Assembly (NCBI GenBank): GCA_013239625.1
Contig: MU054187.1
Span: 2,179,757-2,243,756 of the forward strand
Length of the DNA: 64,000 nt
Origin: Lama guanicoe
Lineage: Eukaryota
Reading direction: 5' to 3'
Under the pieces are notes generated by a model that ran no database searches, had not been told where the DNA came from, and saw only the letters and a program-made list of their open reading frames with translations. Positions within the stretch are counted from its first letter, which is position 1. Each line of letters opens with the position of its first letter. Of this stretch, positions 50,136-63,900 are shown one piece after another. Position numbers and translations under genes: made by a program.

Positions 50136-53100
50136 CTGAAAGACAAGAAACAAGACCACTTCCCTCCGTTGTCATGTCACAGCCATGAGGTAAATGTGCC
50201 TTCCAATCACTGAGCTTGTTTTTCATTCACTTCTTCTTTACGTATTTATCATCTAAGATTAAAGGGCTGTTCTAGACATTGGGGGTAGTAGAAAAATGGG
50301 CCAAAATGTCCTGACTTTATTTAGCTTTTATTCTGGTACTTTGTTCCAAAATATGTTTAATTTTAAAAAGTAAAGAAATTACTATAGATAAACAGATCAA
50401 TATGCGTATAGATCTTTTCAACAAGACTTGCATGCAGTACGGCTCTTTATTTTGTGACTGACAGTTCATTTTAATCCTACCTTTGATCACTTTTTAACAC
50501 TTTTTTTTTCATTGCATAAAACAAAGAGAAAACCTACCCCTTTTCCTCAAGGTTACTTTGAGACAATCAATCATGGTAATTATGTCTTTTGAAAATGCAA
50601 AATGGTTTTCTTTACTTTTTTTTTTAACTCACTTCATTTCAATGACTAAAACAACTAAGTGCTGATTTTTATTTACCAGGGTCCCACTAGCCTCTCACTT
50701 CAGATGCATTACGGAAACAGAGCAGGCTGGGTCCTCTCACACACGGCCCAGCACTAAACACCGCCGGGTCCCGCAGGTGAGAGACAACTTGGTTCTCCTT
50801 CTCTCATCCCGGGAGATTAGCAAAGCACACAGGTTGTTTCATCTTCCAACTGAGGGAACAGAAATTTTCGAAATAGGTCAGAAAGATTGCCTTTAAGCCC
50901 AAATCATGCCTTTCCATTTTCACATGAAGTTTAGAACAATTCCATTTTCAACTGAAACTGAACTAAGAAGATTGCTTCACTTAGGGGATGTGTCCTCATG
51001 GATCCTGGGGCGTGAAATGTTCCCAACTGCACTGCAGGTTTTCGGAGGCCAAATGCTAAGGTATGCTGGGAAAATCCACATGTTAATTACTGACTACACA
51101 CCTCAGTTTGTGAACCTAATCAGAATTAATTCAGCCATGCCCCATGCACCATCATGGAGCCAGAGTTTTTCCTCGTTAGGGCCTGACGTTTACTAAGGTT
51201 ATTTATAAGGAACGGACTATGGAAAACCACCCCTGCTTTGGCTGCCGAGTCAACACCACCAGCGCCTGCTGATCACTGTGTGGGTGTCGTTTCCGCTCAA
51301 GAACCTTCTGCTACTGCGCGGAGACCGAGCAGCCTCGGCTCCCCCGGGGGCACTGCGGGCTGAGGTCGAGTCAGGCAGCCCCGAGTCTGAACTCAGTACG
51401 TGACTTAGTTCTGAGTTTCAGCTCCTGTGAAATGAGGCTAACAAAACCGAACTGGCGGGACACAGGCAGACGCCCCGCCTCACCCAACTCCCAGGGTTGC
51501 ACCCCCAGCCCGGCTCCTGGCCTCACTCCCCCTCCTGCCGGCGCTGGGATGAAGGCGCTGTAAACGCGGGCACAGGAGTCCTTATCTCTGGGTTTCTGTT
51601 TTGATGCTCTGCTAACTAAACAGTGCTTTGATCTGAAGAGTGAGGAGTTTATTTTAAAATACGTCTTGCCTTTAGTTTTCAGTCAGATATTATCATGTGG
51701 CCCGTAAGTTTTAGGAAGTGAACGACTGTGTGTGCCCAGGGCTCCGGGCATAGGCGCTTAAAGGCACGGATAACTAAGCAGGGGCACTTCCTGAGAAGGA
51801 GCCAAATGCTTCTAGTGAACAAGACTGAAATGCTATCTGTTCAAGTATTGTCTTCCTAAAACTACGGTTTTATGTTTGAAAAATGCATCTTAAAAGCTGG
51901 CCTCCTACTCGTTCAGCTTCCTCCCCCAAATCCCTGATGCCAGCAAAGACTCGAGCAGCCAGTACCTCCGACTCCTGCTCTCGGGTTTTGTGACCGGAGA
52001 GTCTCCTCTTTCTCTGCAAGTTAGACTGCGGTTCTCCGCCTGGTACACCCAGGCAGCCCTGGCTTCTAGTCCTTGGTCTTCCTTCCAGCTGATGGACTTC
52101 GGGGAGGTCACTGAAAGCCCCGAGCATCGGCCTCCCAGCTACAGAATGCGGACTATAACACTCATCTCACGGAGCTCCTGAGATCGTTAGGGGAGGCCCC
52201 TGATCCGGACGCCAGGCCTGATTTATCCCGTGTTCCCAGCTCCTCTCCCCTTCTTATGTGGGTGGAAGCCACCAGCTCCCACGGGAAGCAGAAGGGAACA
52301 CAGTTCCTAGCCAACACCCCTGGTCGTATCTACTGATTTCAGCTTGAATATGAGAGATAATAGTAAAATTAAGCCTGGCTGCTAACCTTAACTGCTAGAA
52401 GACAAGAATGGAAGGATACATGATTCCATGAATCCATAAATGTATTCTATTTACAATGAAATAGAATTTGCATCATTTAAGTGGCCACAAAATGCTGAAT
52501 GAGAACTTGCTCTTAGCATTTTAAAAATACTTTTAACAACTGGATGTGTGAAACTGCTTAAGGCTTGACCTTATAAAGAGTTCACATGCTGTCATCAGAT
52601 CTCAGAATAAGACAGATGACCACCTAAAACAGAGACGTCTACAAATTACACAGACGGTAATTATACTAATTACAAAAGTCCTTGCTCCCAGGGAGACCAG
52701 TGCTGCTCAGACCCTGCCTGCCCAGCTACCACCGTTACCGCCCCCGGGGCTGGAGGCATCTGCCGGACACACAAGACGTGCCTGCACCTCCTGCTGTGGT
52801 GACCCCTGCATCCGCCAACATCCCAGTGTCCCGGCATCGAGATGGATCACGCTAATGACAAGAATCGTAATAACCATTTCATTCAGAACACTCCCTGTGT
52901 CAGACTCTGCTGCACGGCCCACACGCTTTACCTGGCTCAGTCCTCACCGTGTCTCCACGCGGTCGGTACCAGCACCCCGGCTCCAGATGCGAGCCCCCGA
53001 GACCGCAGGAGCTCCGTAAATTTCTCAAAGTAACATGGTTGTGAAAGGCACTGCAGGAAGTCAAACCCAGGGGTTTGCCCGCAGGCCCTGCATTCGTCCG

Positions 53101-56100
53101 TCTCCCCAGGACTTTACAATGTACCGTGCCCAGCGTTTTGACTCCATGCATCTTATTTGATTCTCACCGCAACTGCCCTTGAGCTGCCCACGAACTTTAC
53201 GTCTTTCCCCTAACTCAGCTGAAGAAAGTGGACCCAGGTGAGCGAAGTGATTTTTCCAGTGTCTGCAAAGACAGGAGCTCAGTGGGAGGATGTGGGGACT
53301 CAGCAGGGCCCACCCCCCACCCCAGGGCTCTGGAAGGCAGGCGCTACACGCCCACAACACTGAAAGGGAGAACCGAACAGACACAGTTAAAAGTATCGCT
53401 CGGACTGAGTTAAACAAATATTTACCGACAGTTTTTATGGGCCCCTCTGGACTGGAACCTGTTTAGCCAGGAGGATGAGATCCCTGCCCTCGGAGGCAGC
53501 CTGGCTGAGCCCTCAGGGGACCGTCCGTGTTTAGCTAAAACAGACCAGCAGTCAGACCTCTCAGTCGTTGCGCGCCTCCTGGTGCAGACAAGTCAGCTTT
53601 CTCGCTGCACTCAGATACGAAATGATTTTCCATTTCATCCACAAACACTCGCAAGTATGCCAAGCAGATCGGCGCCATCTGATGGGTAGTCTCGGCGGGC
53701 GGGTGCACTTCTCGACGTGCACACCACCAGAGCGTGTGGCATTAAAAGAGCAAAGTCTGCCAGCTGTCCCCGCTAAATGTGTCAGTGTCACCAACCCGGA
53801 AATGACACGGGGTGCGGGCAGCCGTCCAGGAAGAGGGCTCAGGAGGGAGCTCAGGGCACCAGCCGTGAGGTTGTTCCGGCAACGTGCTAGAGGGTGTGCC
53901 TGTGAGCTCACAGGGCTCCCATCGCACGTGGACCCAAGTCCTTCCTCGCACCGCCCTCTTCCCAGGGGACTGCGGGCGGCTTCAAACTTGGGCGAGAGTG
54001 GGACATGAAATACAAGCCTTATGAATAGTCACCAAACTGCAGCTGCAACGTCACGAAAAAGCAAACAGCCTCATGGCCCTTCTTCTGAATAGACTCCCTT
54101 CATACAGCAAATACCCAGCCGCTGGGAGAAAGCGCCTGGACAAGCAGCTGGTCTGGGGGAAAACGCATGTGACCAGACGCCCCTGCCCACGGGGAGCTGG
54201 CAGCCACCCCACGACCCCGAGCTGCACCGAACACCGACTCAGGAGCGGGAGGGTCTGCAGCACCTCGGATAACGCAGCCCCTTCCCAACCAGCGGCGGGA
54301 GACGAGCACAGTGAGAGCTGGGTTTCGGCACACTTTTCTCTGCATGATTGATTCATCAACCTGGGCATGTTTTCCAGATACAAAGCATTCTAGATTTTAG
54401 GATAAAAATGATCAGAAATGATGGCTGCAGGGGGGTGAATTCTCAGGAGAACATATCTGAAAGCACGCTGCCTCTGCTGCCTCACATTCTCCACGCACTT
54501 CCAGTTCATTCAGTGAAATTAACCTGCGTGGATTGTTTCCTGCTGAAATTATGGTGCTTTACTAACGGACAGTAGCTTATTAATTTTTTTAAAAAAAGAA
54601 GGGAAATCCAGCCATTGTTTCTCCAATGATCTGACTTTGAAATTGCCTCTACCTCTACCACTCTGAAGGAGGCACCAGGCCCCTGAAACGCTCCCACAGG
54701 CAAAGAGCAAAGCTGTAACCAGAACAGAGGAGGGGCGGGGCTTGTCCCCCAGTGACGTACAGCCAGGAGGGCGCACAGGCATTGCCCCGCGCCCGGATGG
54801 GCTGTCCTTGCGTGGCGGTGCGGGGACAAAGGGGAAGCAGAAGTAATGATCTCACTGCAAAAGCCAGGACCCCAGGAACGCTCCTTCACCCTGCAGTCAC
54901 GGCCCTGCCCCCCAGAAGGAATGTTCTAGTGCCTTCTGTGGGGCACGCAGGGTGAGTGTGCATCCTGCCCAAAAACACTCAGTAGAAAATGACAAATGTC
55001 AAAAGACTGACAAGTTCTTTCCTAGTGTTCAACTGCCTGGATACCCAGATGGATACAGAGTTCTTACATGATTTTTCCGTCTTTATGCAGAAACCTGGCC
55101 TAGCTAAGGTGAGCCGCAGGGTGCCGCAGAGAGGCCGCACGGTCCCCCTCCCGCTCCGTCCCCCATCAGAAGGAAGTGTCCCCTCCACGAGGCCGAGAGC
55201 AGCAGGTACGGCAGAGAGCACTCAGAGTTTTGTTGCCAAGTTACAGGCGCTCAGAAAACCACCCCTGTTGTTACGGCTGGTCTCTCCGGGCTCGTGACTC
55301 TGGGCCGTTCCTGGTCCGAAGGCTCCTGCCCACCGTCAGACCAGTTCCTTTGAGATTCTCAATTCATCACGTGTCTTACATTTTTCTCATTTCTCATTTA
55401 AATTCTGCCTTGCCTGGCCAGTGGAGAGGGTAAGTCTTTAAAAAAAAAAGACGTAAGCCTTTCACAGTACTGCCCCCACTCCTAAAATCTCCTCTCCTTA
55501 TGTAAGTCTGCCTTGTCGAAGACACAAGCCAGCACCCCCTCCAAAGAAACAAACAACATTATCCGCTGGTGTCCGCTGAGGAATAAGCGAACGCTATTCT
55601 GAAACCACCTCCTGTTACCGCTGCGTTTTGTTAGGCCTGTGTGACGCGCACCCCTGCGACCTAACAGCTGCAGGGTTTCAGCAGAGCACAGAGTCCCCCG
55701 CGGCGGCGACAACGGAGCGTGTCCACAGGTTCGTGTGCAGCGAGGGAGGTGCCCGCCGCAGGGCTCCCGCGAAGACGCTGCTCACTGCTGCCGAGACGGG
55801 GCTGAAGGATGCACGGAGTGGAGCTGCCGTCTCCAGCGAGAGCAGGGAGAACTGCGAAGGCAGCACAAGCGACTGTGCGCGCTGCAGGTTTGCCCGAGTC
55901 TGTTAGAGCTTGGGAGCGCGCTACCTGATCACCCGTTTGGGTTCTTTCTTCTTCTTTTCCCCCATTTTTCCTTTTTTCTTTTGTCTTCTTTTCTCTCCTT
56001 CTCCTTTTTTTTTTTTTTTTTGTATTTGGCAGCTGTCTGAGCTCTGATCTCTGAAGCAGTTCCACAAGGATTTGGCCTTCCGTGATCACATGTGCCACAG

Positions 56101-57313
56101 GGAAGAAAATAATATTCCATTTAGCGAATCCATATAAACAGGATTATGGAGCCAATGCTCTCTTTTCAGAGCTTGTCAAATAATTAAATTACTTTGAGAA
56201 ATTCAAGACAGGCTCTTCTGAGAATAATTTCTGAAGTTATTTTTGCTTTGCTTGCTTTAAAGGAAATGTGGAGTGTGGATTCCAAAAGAGGATTCAAGAC
56301 TAATTAGAACTTTTTTTTTAAACCAAAGCCTCAGGTATGACTGCTGTCAGACAGGCAGCAGCAGGCGGGCACATGGCTAGTTACATCTCTGCCCCCCTTG
56401 AACGCCCTCCTGGGTGTTGTTTGGTGATATTATCCAAGGTCAGTTGCAGTGGCGCTTGAGAGGACGTGGAATAGGCAGGTGTCTACACACAGCTGCAGTG
56501 ATTACAAGCAACACCCTCGGGAGAAGGACTGAGACACCTGGGATGGGAAAGAGGCGTGCGCTGCAGGAGACCCCCTGACCAGGCCACCCCATCCCTTCCC
56601 GTGCACCCCCAATCCGGTGACAGCCACACGGCTTTGGTGGGACTGGTACAAGCTCAACCGTGGGGCCCCTGCTAACGCAGGGGTGGCCTGAGTGAGTCAG
56701 CTTGTGTCAGTAACTTAAGAAGTTCTCAGCAGAGTGGAGTGTGGGACTTCTGTCGCCTGAGGAAGAAACACCCTGCTCTTGTATTTATGAGCAAGACAAC
56801 AGGTACCTCGTGAGGAACGACCTCCATCCCAGCAAACCTGGGGGATTAGCTGCCTTTGGAGAAGAAATTTGAGTTCAGGACATAGAATCACTTCCAGAGT
56901 CCTTTTGTGGCTCTGGTTTTCCCTAAGCCTCTTATAAAGCCGCCGCTTTTAGGAAGTTTCAACACTGCCCAGGCTGAACTATAGGGGAGCCAAGGTCCTC
57001 CCCTCCCAGGGCAAGGTCAGCAGCAGACTGGGCCCAGGGCACCTTCGCCGTGGTGGCAGAGAGCGGACGAAACCGATGAGGTAAGAAGCAGGCAAAATGG
57101 AAGGCCAAGGACCAGACAATGCTCTGACTCCTGTTTTGTTTCTCCTGATACATTTTTCCTTCTTTGGCCTTACATTGAAGTTTAAAAGAAACATACCTTT
57201 GCAAGAATAAAGCTTTTCTTTAAATTAAACACAAGAAAGCGTATATACCCAATTTCATAAAAACTGAAGCTGGAAGAGTGTTTTCTTACAGAGAACAGAA
57301 AATGGATAAAAAG

Positions 57314-57714
57314 TGTTCAGGGCTGAATTGTGTCTCCCAAATTCCTCATTCAAGTCCTACCCCTGGCACCTCAGAATGTGACTGTTTGAAAGTAGCGCCT
57401 TTAAGGGGGTGAAATGAGGTAAAATTAAGGTACAATGGGGTCACTAGGGTAGACCCTAATCCAACGTAACTAGTGTCCCTAGAAGAAGGGAGATCGGGGC
57501 ACAGAGACGGGGGACGAGCACACAGCAGGAAGACCCTGTGGGACCCAGGGGGAAGGCGGCCGCCTGCGAGCCAGGGAGGGAGGCCTCAGAAGAAACGAAG
57601 CTTGGAGACACCCTGATCCTGAACTTCGAGCCTATGACTGTGAGGCAACACACTTCCGTCGAGAAAGCCACTCGGTCTGTGGTACTACGGCAGCCCCAGC
57701 ACGCTCATAAGGCA
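57314..57714 (+). mobile_element. MLT1 (ERVL-MaLR) LTR
   Basis: gggctgaattgtgtctccc...cctcagaatgtgactgttt...gaggcctcagaagaaac...ctgtggtact. Confidence 0.85.
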
Positions 57715-57889
57715 GATCCTCTAGGAATCTGAGCGACCTGTAAGATGACCATCCAGGGCCGTCCAGAAGGAAGGCGGCCGGCTGAGTCTGCAGCCAGGGT
57801 GGACAAGGCGGGGAGAGACGCGCAGATTTAGGGCTGGTCAGCATTTCCCTGACAGTTACAGCCACAAGAACGGATGCTAGCACTGAGGG

Positions 57890-58260
57890 AGGTGGTGTCA
57901 CGTTGGCCAGGCTGCAGTCTCCGGACATTCAGTCACATACTCACCAAGGTGCTGCTGTGAAGGATGTTTGTAGATGTGGATAAACTCCATAGTCAATTGA
58001 CTTTAAACAAAGGAGATTACCCTTGAGGATCTGGGTGGGCCAGGTCCAATCAGTTGAAAGACCTTCAGAGCAGAGCTGCAGCTTCCCTGAGAAAGGAGAC
58101 ATCCCCCCGCGTAGGGTCGCCTGCCTCCCCTGACACCTGCCTGCTGAGCCTCAGAGCCGCCCAGCCAGCCCACAGTCACATAAGCCAGTTCCTTGTAGTC
58201 AGTCTCTCAACGCGTACATCCCCTACTGGTTCAGCTTCTCTGGGTGACTCCTGACTAACA
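57890..58260 (+). mobile_element. MLT2 (ERVL) LTR
   Basis: gctgctgtgaaggatgtttgtagatgtgg...aaggagattacccttgaggatctgggtgggcc...ccaatcagttgaaagacctt...cctactggttc. Confidence 0.8.
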
Positions 58261-60945
58261 CGGAGAGAAGTGAAGTGAGGATGGAGATTGCTGAGCAGGC
58301 TCTGGGAAGAGGATCATTTAGACACAGCATGATGCTGCACCAGAAACTGACGCCACGCTGTAAACTGCCTATATCTCAATGTAAAAAGTAAAAAAAAAAA
58401 AAGAACGATGGACAGATGCATAATTATGTAACAAAGCAAGTACAATAAAAAGTTAATTGTACGGGGTAAAAAACACCAGTGGAGAGGAGTGAGAAACCCA
58501 GTGGGTGTGGAAGGAGGTCAAGGAGCAGGTGAGGCTGGTCCGGTGGGCGGAGTCTCCACAGAAGCCAGGGGACAGCCAGCTGGGAGCGCGCATCCGAGCC
58601 TGAGCGCCCCGCTCTGGGGAAGCAGCGCCGGGGTGGGGAGCCAAGTGCACCGGGCTGAGGACTCGGCGGAAGACACCGAAGTGAAGAGGAGGCATGGTTC
58701 CTCCCAGAGGCCCCAGCAGACAGGAGGAAGAGAGGACGTTAGCTCAGGGAACTCAGAGACGGAAGGCTGTGGACTGACACTTGCAGGAGGACAGACACTG
58801 AGCGCATCCAGGTGCCTAAGGGTCAAAAGCAGCGATGAGGGAGAACTGACCGACAGGAGAAAGGAGATGACCGGTACCAGAGACCCCGTGAGACTCAAAC
58901 ACAGAAGCAGGGCTTTTGCTCCGGCAGGAGGAGGGGACCCTTCACAGGGATGCAGCGGGATGAGGGGAGCGGGCTGCCAACGCTGTTTTTATCATATTTG
59001 CAGGAGGAGCTGGACCGGACGGTCCCAGTAGACCACTGAGACCAGCCACCTGCCCTGAGGGGAAGTGGCCAAGAAGAGGGCTTGGGAATTAGTGGCAACT
59101 AGAGTTTTGGGGGTTTTTAATGAGAAATGGGAAAAGCCCAGTCCTTTCCTGGGCTCTTTCTGGAAACAGGAGACAGAAAAACTAGGCAGAATGGAGGTCA
59201 GATATACTTGGAGGCAGTGATTTTACCTTGACAAAAGGAAAACTGATTTTATTCAGCAGCATTCAGTGATTCAAGGCCGGTTACTGGCCCCACCCTGGGT
59301 GCGGGCTCAGTGAAAGGCAGGGCAGGAGGACAAGGAGGCCGGGCAGTCGAGCATCTGCAGGGACGGCTCCCGGAGTCCAGGCTCAGCCGGGAGAGCAGGC
59401 AGGGCCCGGGAGAACGTGCAGGGCCGCGGGGGGAGGTGCCCAGACGTCTGCAGAGGCGGTGGGTGCAGACTGAAGACCAGAGTGGATGAAAGCACAGGGC
59501 CGGGGGCCAGGCTGCTGGGATCCTTCTGGCCCCACAAGTTAGCAAGGTGTGACCTTAGTCGGTTTATTTAATCTTTCTTTGCTTTAGTTGTATCGTCTGT
59601 TAAATGGGTGTGGAAACATACCTGTCATTACGAAGATTAAATAATTCACATGGAGTAAGCAGATTTACCAGCTCGCATATATGAAGTGTTCATTGAATTT
59701 TAATCATTTTCGCTAAGGGAGGAGACAGCTGTACGCGTGGGAGATAGAGGTTTAAGGTGTCAGAGGTGGGGCTGCTGGCAAGGTTGGTGGTGTGGGCGTG
59801 GGTGGGCATCATGGCAGGTGACCTGCACAGGAAGAAGTGAAGAGAACCTGGGGTTAGGATCCTGAGTGTCACCCCATGGGCACCCCCAAGGTGTTGGCAG
59901 GAGCCAAGGACATGAAGCAAAGGCTGAGGTAAGAACTTTGTACGCCAGGACCACAAACTCCAAAGCCTGCTGAGAAGGGAGGCTGGAGCGCTTCACCGTG
60001 GAAGGTTAAAGTACCCTGATATTCAGCTGTTAGCAGTTGCTACACGTTAAATGATGAAAATCCTTGAAACATTCAGTTATCTTCAAAAGGTACTGGACAG
60101 AGTTCCAGGTGCCCAGGGTGGGAAAAGCTACTCGGAAGGCAGGTCTAAAAGCAGTCAAAGCTTTTCCACAACTCTCACATTCTCCCCAGGTCCATGCTGG
60201 CCATCCTAGACCCGCAGCTGCCCCGCCGTCCGAGCATCTAAATTCCACCTGCAGAGTGATTTCCCAGATGACACAACCACGGCCCTTTCGCATGCTTAAC
60301 ATTTAAAAATAATGTCCTCAAAATTGAGCCTCCATCTTTCCAAGCAATGCTGCTCAGCCCTCGACGTCAGTCACGAAAGCTGAATGTGAATCCCACACCC
60401 CGGTTCTGCCCTGAGCTCTGATGAGCGCACCACTGCCTGAGGCCACCCTCACTAGTATCTTCAGTCCTTTCCTTTCCTGAGCGAAATAAACCCAACTCCG
60501 TCAACGTTTCTTCTGGGGTGTGTTTTTCAGCTCATTGACCACCTATCAGTCGGAACAAATTCTAAATGCTCCTCGGTGCCCTTAGCTGTGGCTCTAAGCC
60601 AGCTCTTGTTTCCCTGGGTCAGCATTCCAGAATGCTGACAGACCCCTTCACTCCTCATTTATCATCAAACTATCTCCAGGTAGCCGAGAATGGGGTGGGA
60701 GGATGGGTAATGCTGTTATGTGAACTCTCTCAACTTCTTTTGCACCTTCAGCTGAATTTATCCCCTTCTCACAAATTTTAGTCATGGATACCTTTGGGAT
60801 ACATATATTTGGTTTATATTTATAGTTCTTTATATTTACCATTAAAACTCCCAGCCAGTCTACAATGATTCTTTTTTCTCTCTGGCATGCCTGTTGCTCC
60901 CCATAGAGTCACTTGTGCACATATTTTGGGATTCTTCATTCTTTT

Positions 60946-61250
60946 AACTTTTTATTTTTATTTTTTTATTGAAGTCTAGTCAGCTTGTAATATTTTGTCA
61001 GTTTCCGGTGTGCAGCATTATGTTTCAGTCATACAAGTACATACATATATTCCCTTTTCATATTCTTTTTCATTATAGGTTACTACAAGGCACTGAATAC
61101 AGTTCCCTCTGCTGTGCAGGAGAAACTTGTTGTTCATCTATTTTATATATAGTAGTTAGAATCTGCAAATCTCGAACTCCCAGTTTATCCCGCCCCACCC
61201 CCTTCCCCTCCTGGTAACCGTAAGTTTAGTTTCTGTGTCTATGAGTCTGT
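60946..61250 (-). mobile_element. L1 3' end with 14-bp TSD
   Basis: Same family as 3438-3741; TSD ttcttcattctttt at 60932-60945 and 61251-61264. Confidence 0.92.
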
Positions 61251-62959
61251 TTCTTCATTCTTTTTCATCCTAGACTGCAAGGCTATACAGAAAGGTGTAG
61301 AGCAACTCAGAAGCCCTTCCTAGACTCAAAACTTGAAGTGCCTGTTCAAATGACAATAAGATGTATCTGTTTCACTGAAGCACGTAAACGTGACATAAGG
61401 AGGGACAGAGCGGGGGTTTTGTTTGCATCCTCTTTCCTGTAGCAATGTTTTATTACAAAACAACGGCCTCTGTAACAAAAATCTCCTTAAAATTTTAATT
61501 ATGGTTTCGAATACAGCTGTCTTTTCTTTTTTCTTTTCTTTTGGTTACTATAATCTTCTCTGTAATGGAGAGCAGCCCTGAAATTACTAATGACTTGGGA
61601 AAACAATTCACTTTTAAAATAGTCCTCCTTCTGTACCCTGAACTCAGCACTGATAGAAGTCCTGTAAAATGCAATGAGCAATTATGGAAGCCAGGGGCTG
61701 CAAGCTACAGACACCGATTGTGGGTGAAAAGAGCGTATCTGGAGGCTTAAATGATGGTTTTCAGTTCCAGAGCCCAGACAAGGATAAAAGACCTGACATT
61801 CCGAAGCCAGAGAGAGAGAGAGAGATTAAGGGGTATTTGAAAATTCATGTTACTACAGATACTGTTCTTAAAGTTCATAATAAATAAAGAGCCTGTTTCA
61901 AAACTAAAGTCAGGATAAAAAATAGTAAGAAATTAGCTCCTCATCCTTACAAGGCCCCTAAACAGAGTAACTCGCACCCTTCCTTTATTTCACAGGAACT
62001 TCCCAAAGGAACGTCAGCTTTGTATTCTCTCTCAAAGGTGCATCTCCAAAGCATTAAGTCTCCCGGAACGTGAAACTTCTCAAAGGGCGCCCAGACAACG
62101 TTGAGGCTTTTTTTTTTTTCCCCTTTCTTTTCTTTTCTTGTTTTCTTTGTTGCAAGAGGCCAAAATAGGAATCATTTCACTAACCAGAAAGCGAGTGTAT
62201 ATGTCGATATTGGATACTTAATCATTGGAAGTTGACTTCAGTGTAATTCCACAAAAGAACAATAAAATAAAACAGTCAATTCTTAAGGTGGGCAATAAAA
62301 AAAAGCAATTTTTGAAAACCTCCAGCATCCTTTAGAGGATAAATATTAGGCGGCTTGGATCCTAGGTCGCTGGAAGTCTAAGCAAATAAGATGATATGTC
62401 AGCACTTAGAGGCTCGTGTATGGACAACAACCACCCTAAGTAGTGCAGTGTCTTTGCTCCATAAACCTTAACACCAATCTGATGAGTCACGAGAAATACT
62501 GAGGTGTCTTCAGTGCATTAGGTGGGCACGAACTGTATCTAAAGAAATACTTGCAAAGGGCAAAACGCGGTGCTCCAACCTGGGGCAGGCAGCAGGCAAA
62601 TGGCCAGGCAGACGGACTAGTTTCCTGCCCAGGCGACCCTGACTTTGTTCCACACCCCAGCACTTTCCTTGTCTGCAGGGTTCGCAGTAGGGTCTTGGGG
62701 GGCAGGGGAGGGTTGCTCTGAAATCCTCAAGACACCTCTGGCCTCGGATTCGCCCTATGCGAACCTCGCGGTCTCGCACCAAATATTCTCCCAGGAAATC
62801 CTTCACTTCTGAGTCCACCCTCAGAATCTGCGGAGCCCCGACGGAATGGGGTTCCCGGAGTCCAGTACGGACGCAGTGGGCTCCCCACCTCCCAGCGGGT
62901 GGCAGGCCCGACCCTCCCTCCCGGCTGCGACCGCTGCGGCGCCCGGACCCCGCGCTCAC

Positions 62960-63216
62960 CGGATGATCACGAACATGACCAGCGAGTTGCCCACCAAGCC
63001 CACGACGAACACCACCGAGTAGACCGCCGTGATGACGACCGCGATGGCCGGGGAGATGTGCGCGGGCTCGGGCGGCGCGCCCTCGGGGCCTGCGCTAGTG
63101 TTGCCGTCCGGCTCGGCCCAGCCCGGGGACCAGCCGCTGCCGTTGCGGGGCAGGCAGGTGCTCGGGGAGCAGGTGGGGCCCGGCTCGCCGCGGAAGATCT
63201 GGACCGGGGGCTCCAT
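62960..63216 (-). CDS. OPRK1: Kappa-type opioid receptor, coding exon 1 (exon 2 of the transcript), N-terminus to TM1
   Basis: ATG at 63216 in a strong Kozak context (gcccgccATGG). Translates MEPPVQIFRGEPGPTC...PAHISPAIAVVITAVYSVVFVVGLVGNSLVMFVII(R). Donor CG|GTGAGC at 62960/62959; 257 nt, phase 2. Confidence 0.98.
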
Positions 63217-63629
63217 GGCGGGCGGCTGCTGCTGGGGGGCGAGGACAGGCGGCACCTGCGGGCTGCGGGGGCGAGAGAACCGGCTGGACCCGAGAGGCAA
63301 ACTTTGGCCACTCCCGAGCCAGCGCTCGGGGCCGGCGGTGTTGGGGGCCCAGGGCCCGCTGATGCCCACCCGGCCGCACGTCCCCGAGGCGGGACAGGGA
63401 GGACGGACCTCTGGCTGCCACCCCGGCCAGCAGACGCTCCGCAGATGCCGGGAGAGGCAGAGAGCGCGCCCTTCTTTTCTCCCGTTCCTGAAATCACCCT
63501 ACCCTTTCCTAGGCACGTTTGCCTGCTGAAACTGTCCCCAGACTGCCTCTCGGAGCCCCCAAGGACAAAAGACCCCTAGAGCACAGAGCCCTCGCTCCTG
63601 AGACTGCGTCTCCAAAGCCCAAAGCTCAC

Positions 63630-63900
63630 CTCTGGCTCCCGGAGACGCGCGGAGCGGTGCAGGGGGCCCTGGCCGGCGCGGAAGCGCGCGTTCCCGGGTA
63701 CTGCTCAGCCCTGGGGTTGCCGCGGGCTCCCAGCCCCCGGCCCCGCGCTCTGGCTGCGGACGCCTGTTCCCCCCGAGCGCGTCCTCGCCGCCCAGCGCGC
63801 GGCTCCCAGATCGGCGGCGGCCAAGCGGGGCTGGACGCGGGGAGGGCGCGCGGGCGCCGGGACCCGCGGGCGGAGGGCGGGACGCGTGAACTTCGCAGAG
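63630..63900 (-). other. OPRK1: OPRK1 non-coding exon 1 (5' boundary/TSS approximate)
   Basis: Donor AGAG|GTGAGC at 63630/63629 pairs with acceptor ttctctcgcccccgcagcccgcag|GTG at 63255. No ATG on the minus strand from 64000 to 63630. Confidence 0.7.

Noticed and set aside
58489..59031. 180-aa intronic ORF antisense to OPRK1
   Set aside because: Starts at GTG in purine/GC-rich, probably L2-derived sequence; no recognisable domain.
63217..63369. In-frame N-terminal extension of OPRK1 in the ORF track (MGISGPW...)
   Set aside because: It starts at GTG and most of it lies in intron 1, upstream of the acceptor at 63255; the real start is the Kozak ATG at 63216.
62899..63579. Plus-strand ORFs overlapping OPRK1 exon 2
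   Set aside because: Shadow frames of a GC-rich exon and CpG island.
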